Of a stretch of 64,000 nucleotides of DNA, positions 19,449-27,543 are shown one piece after another. The notes under the pieces were generated by a model, which saw nothing but the letters and a program-made list of their open reading frames with translations, ran no database searches and had not been told where the DNA came from. Both the position numbers and the translations under genes were made by a program. The first letter of the stretch is position 1. Every line of letters starts with the position of its first letter. The stretch spans positions 96,001-160,000 of the forward strand of contig JABLTJ010000007.1 in the NCBI GenBank assembly GCA_013166775.1. Reading direction: 5' to 3'. This DNA comes from Promethearchaeati archaeon. Its GTDB lineage: Archaea > Asgardarchaeota > Heimdallarchaeia > Heimdallarchaeales > Heimdallarchaeaceae.

Positions 19449-19913
19449 ATGTCAGAAGAAGAATCTTTAGAGAGTAGAATTAATGAGTTAGAGGAAAAAA
19501 TCAATTATGTTATTCTACAGATTAACAATCTCCAGCATAAAGTAACTGAGGATAATCCTGAACTTAAGCAAATGATGAGTCTTCTTCAAATTTTAACTTC
19601 TACTTTACAAGTTTCAAAAGCTCCTTTTTCAGTACTATCACAAACTCTTTCTTTGAAGGATAGAATTCTTGAAAGATTTCCTGATTTTAGATATGATGAT
19701 ATTTCTAAAGCTATAATTTCTTCACTTGAAAGAAAAGAAAGACTGAACATCTCACAATTAACTGACCAAGTGAGAAAGGAAAGAGGATCAGCGTCAAGAA
19801 GAATTGTTAGAGAAAGAGTTGATAAATTAATTGAGGAAGGGATAATCCAAGAAGTTGAGTCTGGATATGGAAGACAATTAGAATTAGTTCCAATAGATGA
19901 AGAAAAAAAATAG
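19449..19913 (+). CDS. Coiled-coil plus winged-HTH putative transcription regulator
   Basis: N-terminal heptads; LNISQLTDQVRKERGSASRRIVRERVDKLIEEGII wHTH. Confidence 0.7.
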   Translation: MSEEESLESRINELEEKINYVILQINNLQHKVTEDNPELKQMMSLLQILTSTLQVSKAPFSVLSQTLSLKDRILERFPDFRYDDISKAIISSLERKERLNISQLTDQVRKERGSASRRIVRERVDKLIEEGIIQEVESGYGRQLELVPIDEEKK

Positions 19914-19928
19914 AAAAATAGGAAATTA

Positions 19929-20921
19929 TTATTTCCTAAATTTATTAGAGGCTTTTAATGCTGCTACAAAAATAACGGGAGCGATTAATGCTGTAACCCA
20001 TGCAAACGGAACATTATCTTCTTCTCCAGAATCATAAGTTCCTAAAGAAGGGTCGTATATAAGATAGTCAAAATGTTCAAATGATAAATATATTCTTAGA
20101 ACATTTTCTCCAGTTGCGCAATAGGATGCATTTACACTGCTATATTCATATTGACTTTCTGTTTGGTTTTTGATTTGTGCTTTATCTGCATAGCCAAAGA
20201 AAGCAGTCTTTTCTTCGTTTTGGAATGTAAGTTCTTGTTTTAGCTCACCAGCTTTGTTTTCCAATTTCTTCTCGCTTCCAGAATTATCTACTGAAGTATC
20301 TATTTGCTGATCAAATTGGTTTCTTACTTGCATACCTTCACTAAGAATTATATCAAATCGAAGTGCTAGAAAATTAGTATCAGATTCCCAAGGCCATCCA
20401 CTAATATAGAGATCAAATTTGAGTTCAGTTCCTCCAACGAGTTCGTATCCATCTATAACTTGATCTTCTAAATAAAGATGCATAGCGATAGTAATATCTA
20501 ATTCATCATACACGAGACCTATTATTTCATCAGCTGTAAAGTTGAAATGAATAGCTGTAACTAATCCTTCTGTCTCTTCAACATTGAAACCGCTGAAAAT
20601 CCAACTAATACTAGTCAATGTTAAATATGGCATTCCAGTAAGAGTTTCACTTGCTTGAAAAACTCCATCTTCATTCTGATCCTCATATTCTGCAAGCTGC
20701 TTGAAGATTACAGTATAATTCAAACCTGAAACTAATTTGTAATGAAATCCAGGCAAATTGCCGAAAGTATTAACACTGATAGTAACATTTTCTGTTTCAA
20801 CAGTTGCAATTCCATTCTTCCATTCATATTCTATTCCTTGCTCAGGCGCTGCTTGAGATCCCATTGTTAGAAGCATCAATGCAATAAAGCCTAATCCAAT
20901 TAGTGTGAGTTTTTTATTCAT
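19929..20921 (-). CDS. Secreted/surface protein with C-terminal membrane anchor
   Basis: Signal peptide MNKKLTLIGLGFIALMLL...AAP; beta-rich acidic body; YDPSLG; PF-hydrophobic-basic C-terminal tail; GGTGA SD. Confidence 0.75.
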   Translation of the reverse strand: MNKKLTLIGLGFIALMLLTMGSQAAPEQGIEYEWKNGIATVETENVTISVNTFGNLPGFHYKLVSGLNYTVIFKQLAEYEDQNEDGVFQASETLTGMPYLTLTSISWIFSGFNVEETEGLVTAIHFNFTADEIIGLVYDELDITIAMHLYLEDQVIDGYELVGGTELKFDLYISGWPWESDTNFLALRFDIILSEGMQVRNQFDQQIDTSVDNSGSEKKLENKAGELKQELTFQNEEKTAFFGYADKAQIKNQTESQYEYSSVNASYCATGENVLRIYLSFEHFDYLIYDPSLGTYDSGEEDNVPFAWVTALIAPVIFVAALKASNKFRK

Positions 20922-21054
20922 TTTGTCACCAACAACTAACCCTCATAAATAATTTAATACGTGTTCATTTAACTATCTGAAGAAATTACTTTAATTTTCT
21001 AAAGTATAGTTTTAAAGTTAAAATTATATAGGAGAGCTTTCTCTATCTTACTCA

Positions 21055-21873
21055 ATGGATTCTCAAATAGTGGAAGATGATAGTAGTATTCAAATGAAAA
21101 TTCTATCCAATTCTATCAGACAGAGAATCCTTAAATTAGTTGCTGAGCAAGGTTCTATTTCCTTTACAGCTATTAAGGAAGAATTAGAACTGACAGATGG
21201 TAGTTTGTTTTACCACCTTAAAAACCTAGATTCGTATATACAAAAGGATCAACAAAATTTCTATCAGCTTAATGAGAAAGGAAAAAAAATAGTCGAAGAT
21301 ATCATCCATAAAATATCTCTCCCTGATACAGAGGAAGAAAAGAAATCATGGTTTATAGATAAACTAGCTTTTCGAGAATTATACTATTATTTCTTTGGTG
21401 ATCCAGTTAGAAGTCTCATTGAATTGAATATATTTCTTATAGTTGTTGCTTGGTTATTTGGTGTATCTAACACACATTTCAGCTCTGTAGAATCAATTCT
21501 TGAAGGAGGCGCAATAATCAATGGATTATTATCCATTGCTCATTGGTATCTTTATTTAGCAGTCGTATTTCTTACTCTTAAAACACTAAAAAATGAATCG
21601 AATATCAAGGAATTATGGGTAGGAATCTTTGTTGGGATTATTCCTTATATTGTTTATCTAATTCCTATCGGGATAATTCATTATACCAATACAGCTATGG
21701 AAGGTTGGTTATTGATTCTGATGAATATTGTTTTTGCAATTGTAAAAATAATATCAGCAATATTTGTTTCTCAGGGTATTTATCTATCAACTAACTGCAA
21801 GCAATATCAAGCTGTGATAATAGCTAGCGCACTGATAATTATTGATTACATTTACCTTATGATTATGATGTAA
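21055..21873 (+). CDS. ArsR-like wHTH regulator fused to a multi-TM domain
   Basis: LSNSIRQRILKL...SFT.IKEEL.LTDGSLFYHLKNL...YQLNEKG, followed by about 5 hydrophobic segments. Confidence 0.8.
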   Translation: MDSQIVEDDSSIQMKILSNSIRQRILKLVAEQGSISFTAIKEELELTDGSLFYHLKNLDSYIQKDQQNFYQLNEKGKKIVEDIIHKISLPDTEEEKKSWFIDKLAFRELYYYFFGDPVRSLIELNIFLIVVAWLFGVSNTHFSSVESILEGGAIINGLLSIAHWYLYLAVVFLTLKTLKNESNIKELWVGIFVGIIPYIVYLIPIGIIHYTNTAMEGWLLILMNIVFAIVKIISAIFVSQGIYLSTNCKQYQAVIIASALIIIDYIYLMIMM

Positions 21874-21947
21874 GAAAAATAACTTTAAAGAATTAAATAA
21901 GAAGAGTAAAAAAAGTGAATGAGAAAGATAAAGTGAAGGGATAGACA

Positions 21948-22604
21948 ATGAATGGCAGAAATAAAATTACACTAATACTTCTGATCATGATGTTATCAGG
22001 TGCTACAGTAGCAGTGATGATTACTGTAAAGGATTTTGGTTTAATTATTTCTGACATACAAGATTTTAGAGAATATCCTTTTGATTGGCAAGATTCAAGA
22101 TACGATGGTACTCTATTGTTATATGTAGATGGGGATATATCAGAAAATGCATCTTTGGAACAGGTAATCACCTTAGAAACATCTATGCCTTCTTATCAAG
22201 TCCTTCATATGTATCTTATAATTACAGCATTAAGGATGAAAAGCAAGAGTCAAGGTATTCTTATTGATTTGATTGATAATCCAAGAGTCATTGATCTAAA
22301 ATCAATAAATAATACAGTTGATTTATTTGCTAGTTTTCCTCTTCCAGAAGGTGAGTATTCCGCGGTTCACTTTTATTATGACAAAGAAATAATTACAGAA
22401 ACAAGTTTAGGGAATAAAACTTTCTCTGCTCAAGGAAGTAATTTCTTTACTGTGACATTTTATCAAAATAAGAATAACAATACAGAATCTGATTTGAGAA
22501 TTCGTAGAAATAAAGTATCAGGATTATTACTATCGTTTCAAATGCAAATAAGATGGCAACAGCAGATAATTTTCCCACACATTTTTGGATATTTATCTTT
22601 CTAA
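21948..22604 (+). CDS. DUF4382-like exported protein
   Basis: N-terminal TM/signal; GTLLLYVDG; IDLKSI; LPEGEYSAVHF resembles DUF4382 L..G.Y..i.l. Confidence 0.55.
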   Translation: MNGRNKITLILLIMMLSGATVAVMITVKDFGLIISDIQDFREYPFDWQDSRYDGTLLLYVDGDISENASLEQVITLETSMPSYQVLHMYLIITALRMKSKSQGILIDLIDNPRVIDLKSINNTVDLFASFPLPEGEYSAVHFYYDKEIITETSLGNKTFSAQGSNFFTVTFYQNKNNNTESDLRIRRNKVSGLLLSFQMQIRWQQQIIFPHIFGYLSF

Positions 22605-22614
22605 TTTTTCTTAA

Positions 22615-23541
22615 TTATTTCCAACAATCTTTCATAACACGTATAAAATTCTCATACTTGATTTTGTTTAATTCAGTTTCATTATATCCAGTTTCTTCTA
22701 AATATTTTAGGAGTATTGGATAATGACTAATATCTTTTATAGCAGTTGGTATCGTAGCTCCATCATAATCTGAACCAAGACTTACATGATTTATTCCTAC
22801 TTTATCTACTATATGATCTATATGATTCTTAATTATTTCAAAAGTTATTTCATCTTTATTTAATTCAGAGGAAAGAAAACTTACACAGAAATTTATCCCT
22901 ATAGTACCATTAGATTCTCCTATTGCTTCTATTTGTTCATCTTTCAGATTTCGAATGTGATCACAAAGTGAGTAAGCATTACTATGCGATGCAATTATTG
23001 GTTTAGAAGTATTATCTACTACATCCCAAAAACTCTTTTCATTCAAATGACTCACATCTACTATTATCCCCAATTCTTCCATTTCTCCTAAGAGCTGTTT
23101 CCCTTCAATTGTTAAACCTCTCATCTCATCATTTCCTACTCCTGTTGCAAATTGATTTAGATTAGACCAACTTAATCCCATACTTCTTAGACCAAGTTTG
23201 TGATAATTTCTCAGGTTATGAAACTCTGATTCCAATCCTCCGGAACCTTCAAAATGGAGAATTGCCCCAACTTTGTTTTCTCTCTTACATTTTTCAAAAT
23301 CTTCGATTCTTTTAATTTGTAGTAGCTCATTTTCAGGATTATCAACAAGTTGAAACCAGTAATCAACACCTCTAGAAATTGAATAACTACTAACTTTAGG
23401 GAAAACAGCAAAAAAAGCTGCTAGCACATTTCCTTTTTTCATTCTAGGTAAATCTACATGTCCTACTTCTGATTCTCTTGAAAATGATCTTTGTTGCCTC
23501 TGAAGAGCAAATAGAACATCAATATGGCCATCAATAATCAT
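22615..23541 (-). CDS. Membrane (renal) dipeptidase, peptidase M19
   Basis: DGHID, HVDLPRM, EG, DVSHL, ASHSNA, RNL, GSDYDG. Confidence 0.92.
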   Translation of the reverse strand: MIIDGHIDVLFALQRQQRSFSRESEVGHVDLPRMKKGNVLAAFFAVFPKVSSYSISRGVDYWFQLVDNPENELLQIKRIEDFEKCKRENKVGAILHFEGSGGLESEFHNLRNYHKLGLRSMGLSWSNLNQFATGVGNDEMRGLTIEGKQLLGEMEELGIIVDVSHLNEKSFWDVVDNTSKPIIASHSNAYSLCDHIRNLKDEQIEAIGESNGTIGINFCVSFLSSELNKDEITFEIIKNHIDHIVDKVGINHVSLGSDYDGATIPTAIKDISHYPILLKYLEETGYNETELNKIKYENFIRVMKDCWK

Positions 23542-23592
23542 ACATGATGAAGCTATGTAAAAAATATAAGCTTTTGTAATTTACTTGAAGAT

Positions 23593-24423
23593 TTACAATT
23601 TATCTAATCTCTTTAAGACTATCAACATAGCTAGAGTAGTTGCTAAATCAAAATTTTCTCCATCTTCTGACGTCCATCTTCCATCTAGTAGTTGACGTGT
23701 TGATAGAATTTCAAGTATTTTATTTGCAAAATTATGATTTTCAAGATCTGCATGAATAAAACACTCTATCATCGATACTAATGATGAGGAAGGATAATTT
23801 CGAAGTTCTAATGTTTCAAGTATTTCAACTCCTCTTCTGGAAATAGAATCATCATACCCCTTTATATTAATAAAAACTGGTATTGCATTCCATAGAGATT
23901 GAGGATAACTCCTAAATCCTTTTTCGTCATCCCACTTCTTTGATAAGAAACTTATTCCTCTTTCTAATGCTTCTTCGATGTTTGGTATTTTTGTACTACA
24001 GAGAAAATTAATCACCACAGAAGTGCAATATATTTGTGTTGATTCAAAACCAGGTGCTTCCCAAACTGTGCAATCAAGTTTACCAATTTCAGACGGTTCC
24101 TCAAAGCAACCATCCAATTTTTGTAGAGAAATGAGATATTCTACTGCTCTACCTAATTCAATTGATACCAGAGACACTTGGTTGAGAAGTAAAATATCTT
24201 TAAAGAACAATATTGTTGAACTAATTGTACTAATTGAATCTTTTTCAAATCTATGAGGAATTCCTCCATCTTCGTTCTGAATAAGAAGAAAATCTTTAAT
24301 CTCTAATTTAGCATCTTCAAGTTCATTCAATAGTAGAAGGAGTTTATATTTGTCAACTTCTTTACTTTTTTCCACCACATAATTCATAGCTTTTTGAATA
24401 TCAAAGCTAATTTCGTTCATCAA
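23593..24423 (-). CDS. Prenyltransferase/squalene-oxidase repeat (alpha/alpha toroid) protein
   Basis: Repeated QxxDGxW-like motifs: QNEDGGI, QKLDGCF, QLLDGRW. Confidence 0.7.
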   Translation of the reverse strand: MMNEISFDIQKAMNYVVEKSKEVDKYKLLLLLNELEDAKLEIKDFLLIQNEDGGIPHRFEKDSISTISSTILFFKDILLLNQVSLVSIELGRAVEYLISLQKLDGCFEEPSEIGKLDCTVWEAPGFESTQIYCTSVVINFLCSTKIPNIEEALERGISFLSKKWDDEKGFRSYPQSLWNAIPVFINIKGYDDSISRRGVEILETLELRNYPSSSLVSMIECFIHADLENHNFANKILEILSTRQLLDGRWTSEDGENFDLATTLAMLIVLKRLDKL

Positions 24424-24487
24424 TAATAATAAGATAAAATATTACTTAAACCTTGTGAGAAAAAAGAAATAGAATTATGTAAATCCA

Positions 24488-25213
24488 TCATTTCTTTATC
24501 TTTAATTGTTTGATTATGACTTCTGCTGCTTCCATTCTTGCTTGTTTCTTATTTCTACCTTTCCCTCCACCTTTATATTCCACTGCATCTATTTTAACTA
24601 AGCACTCCATTATATAGACAGGTTCATGCTCTTTCCCTTTTTTTGAAAGGAGACTGTAAGTAGGAAGATCATATCCCCTCTTTTGACAAAACTCTTGCAA
24701 AAGATTGATTGGATTCCTTTCACATACAGCTAATTTCAATAGTTTATTTCTTTTTTTTGTGTCGGAGAGATCTTTACGGAATTTTTCCAAATCTCCAAGA
24801 AAAAGCTGATTAAAGAACTCTCTGGCTATATCAATTCCTGTAGAAAGGTAAACTGCTCCGAAAATTGCTTCTAGACAATCTTCGATATCAGTAGTTGTTA
24901 TTTTATATTTTGGTCGAACTATCAGTTTTTTGTGTAAATTGATTTCTTTTCCTATCTCAGCTAGACTTTCAGTTTGAACTAGAAGGGATCTTAGTTTAGA
25001 TAGAATCCCGACATCCTCCTTTAGATTTTTGTACAGCCATTCAGCAGTAAACATATCTAATACTGCATCTCCTAAGAATTCTAATCTCTCAAAATGATTC
25101 TGTTCAGGTCTTATGTTTGTCAAATTTGGATGTGTTAGTGCTTCGATTAAAAGATCATTTTCGATTTCCCATCCATTTACAGTGCTTCTCTCTAAATCAA
25201 TCATAGATCTCAC
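24488..25213 (-). CDS. rnc: Ribonuclease III (RNase III domain plus dsRBD)
   Basis: ALTHP, ERLEFLGDAVL signature, EDCLEAIFGAVY, dsRBD NPINLLQEFCQ...G.GRNKKQARMEAA. Confidence 0.93.
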   Translation of the reverse strand: MRSMIDLERSTVNGWEIENDLLIEALTHPNLTNIRPEQNHFERLEFLGDAVLDMFTAEWLYKNLKEDVGILSKLRSLLVQTESLAEIGKEINLHKKLIVRPKYKITTTDIEDCLEAIFGAVYLSTGIDIAREFFNQLFLGDLEKFRKDLSDTKKRNKLLKLAVCERNPINLLQEFCQKRGYDLPTYSLLSKKGKEHEPVYIMECLVKIDAVEYKGGGKGRNKKQARMEAAEVIIKQLKIKK

Positions 25214-25256
25214 ATTTGGGATAGATTCAAATCAAAGCGAGAGTTTTTAAATTCAT

Positions 25257-25727
25257 TTGTTTGAGAAAAATAGAATGGAATTCTATAATCCAATACATGA
25301 TATGAAGGACTTAATCGGAAAGTGGGAAGGGAAACTAGAAAAAGATGAAAATAAATCAGCATCATCAATAATATTCAGCTATCATGGTTCAGATATTATT
25401 CAGTATGAACTGAAGATTAACCTTACAAATGAAGAAAAAATCCTTGAAACAGGCTTCTTCTTCTTTGATAAATTAAAAGAAGAACTAAAACATATCGTAT
25501 TTAATGAAGAAGGATATATTGAAGTGAATTCAATGACCTCTTCAAAGAAAGCAAAACTTCTCAAAATGACGAGTTCTTTCGATACTGGTTATAATCTTCC
25601 TCCCAATATGAAAATAAAGAGAGATTTTAAACTAAAAATAGTTGAAAGAGAGTTAGATATTTTTCTGAAAATGGGCAAAGAAGCAAATCTTATCTTAGAA
25701 GGAAGTTATAATAAAAAGGAAAAATGA
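25257..25727 (+). CDS. Hypothetical beta-barrel protein (FABP/nitrobindin-like, tentative)
   Basis: LIGKWEG near the N-terminus, ETGFF, beta-strand pattern. Confidence 0.45.
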   Translation: MFEKNRMEFYNPIHDMKDLIGKWEGKLEKDENKSASSIIFSYHGSDIIQYELKINLTNEEKILETGFFFFDKLKEELKHIVFNEEGYIEVNSMTSSKKAKLLKMTSSFDTGYNLPPNMKIKRDFKLKIVERELDIFLKMGKEANLILEGSYNKKEK

Positions 25728-25794
25728 ATATCAAGTTAAATCAGATTGAGAATAACATAAATATTATTAGTGTTAAAATTAAGATTAATGATGA

Positions 25795-26292
25795 TTGCAT
25801 TTGCCCAAGGATTTCAAAATCTATTATTGTGAAAAAATTACAGATGAAATCTCTGAACATGTAGAAAATGTACTAAGAGATTTATTTGGTCTGCAATTTC
25901 GTTCAGTAGGAGTTCATATTCCTAGGGTAAATGCTTGGGATGATCATTCAAATGCTTATGATGCTCGTAATCTGCTTGAGCAGATGGTAGCTGAAAGATT
26001 ATCATTTTTCTTGTGGTTAATCACTGTACCTATTTCTTTAGATCAAAAATCAATTTTTGGATATGCAGAACCGTTAAAAGGGACTATTGTTTCTACCTCA
26101 AAAATGGCTACTAGAACTCTAGTTGCTAAAGAAGCAGCATATTTTGTTGGAATAGTTTTGGGATTGAGTTCTTGTAGAAATGAATGTTTAATGCAATCTG
26201 CAGAGAACTTTGAGGTATTGATAAACAAACCATCAACACTTTGTTCTACATGCAATGCCAAATATAATCGATTAAAATTAAGATATATGTAG
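25795..26292 (+). CDS. Archaemetzincin (M54)-like protein with a degenerate catalytic zinc motif
   Basis: FGYA, IVST, KEAAYFVGIVLGLSSC..CLM...K...LCSTC aligns with KEAxHExGHxxGLxHC..CxM...CxxC. Confidence 0.7.
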   Translation: MHLPKDFKIYYCEKITDEISEHVENVLRDLFGLQFRSVGVHIPRVNAWDDHSNAYDARNLLEQMVAERLSFFLWLITVPISLDQKSIFGYAEPLKGTIVSTSKMATRTLVAKEAAYFVGIVLGLSSCRNECLMQSAENFEVLINKPSTLCSTCNAKYNRLKLRYM

Positions 26293-26297
26293 ATAAT

Positions 26298-27461
26298 CTA
26301 TTCGAAGAAAGCAGTCTTAGAATATTTTACATCTTCAGCTATAACTCTCTCTCCTTCGTTCCATATTACTTGCTTCCCCCATGTTTTTTCTATTTCAACC
26401 AAACTCATCTCGAATTGTTGAGTAGTTTTATTTAGATATGTTTGTAATTGATTGAGCTTCTTTTGAATATTCACTCTATTACCTTTTCCAATTCCTGGGC
26501 ATGAAAAATCTAAGTCTACAATTATCTCATTTTCATCTACCTTTGAGACCAAAAATGGATAAAACTTACAATTAAAGGGTGCATATTTGTAAATTATACA
26601 TTCCCTATTCTTTAATTCTTGAAAAGTGCATATTCCGTTTTTTTGTTTTAAACAAAGTCCAATGTCTATTTTTCCAATATTCACTTTCTCTTTACCAAAA
26701 ATTGGTCTAGAGAAATCACTAAGAGTATATTTGAGTTCTTCAGATATTCTAATAGCTTCTGAATAACTTAGTGAAGGCAAATTACATGGAAAACAAATTC
26801 TATTTTTGAATGTAACCAGGAATTCCTCAATGTTACCCAGATTATTAGGGATTGGATTAGCTGAAAAATTACTTGGATATTCACAATAATTACAGCTTAA
26901 ACATTCAAAAAAGCATTTTTCAGGAATATTCCAACGTATTAGAACGTTTTCAGCTTCTATTACTTTAGTTGTTAAATAGAAAATTTTCGTTTCTATTTTC
27001 AGATTTTTTTCAACAGCTAGACTTCTAATCTGCTCACAAATGTCATCAATTGTACTATCTCTATAATGTGTTCTAAATCTAAAAAGATAATCATTTCGAA
27101 TTCTTAGTTTTGGGATAGATTCCAAATTTGAGAGTATTTTATTTCTTACCGAGATATCTTTTAAAAAAAGAAGAATTTCGTCTGGACATTCTGTATGAGA
27201 TCCATAAATTACTCGCATTTCCAAATCATTTTTCATTTCATAGGGATTAGATTCCCAATACGAATCAACTAGCTTTCTGTCTGAGATATATCCTAGTCCT
27301 ATTGATTTTCCGTCTTCTAACAGTTTTTCATTTACTCTTCTCAGGATATATGGAGAATAATTGAATAGTTTAGGATCAGGATTATCAGAAATTAAAATAG
27401 ACAATAGATCTTCTTCCGCCTTTTTTTCTATATCTTCACAAATCAGAAAACGTGAAACCAT
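26298..27461 (-). CDS. YkgJ/UPF0153-type Cys-cluster domain protein with a long N-terminal extension
   Basis: FECLSCNYC, CTF...C.IY..AP..CKFYPF, CPGIGKG; start moved to ATG 27461 to avoid overlapping the divergent MTase. Confidence 0.75.
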   Translation of the reverse strand: MVSRFLICEDIEKKAEEDLLSILISDNPDPKLFNYSPYILRRVNEKLLEDGKSIGLGYISDRKLVDSYWESNPYEMKNDLEMRVIYGSHTECPDEILLFLKDISVRNKILSNLESIPKLRIRNDYLFRFRTHYRDSTIDDICEQIRSLAVEKNLKIETKIFYLTTKVIEAENVLIRWNIPEKCFFECLSCNYCEYPSNFSANPIPNNLGNIEEFLVTFKNRICFPCNLPSLSYSEAIRISEELKYTLSDFSRPIFGKEKVNIGKIDIGLCLKQKNGICTFQELKNRECIIYKYAPFNCKFYPFLVSKVDENEIIVDLDFSCPGIGKGNRVNIQKKLNQLQTYLNKTTQQFEMSLVEIEKTWGKQVIWNEGERVIAEDVKYSKTAFFE

Positions 27462-27543
27462 AGTGTACATTAGCTGAAGATTGCTAAAAAATTTTTGTAC
27501 GTACAAGATAGATTTTTTAATGAAATTATAATGAAGACATATA

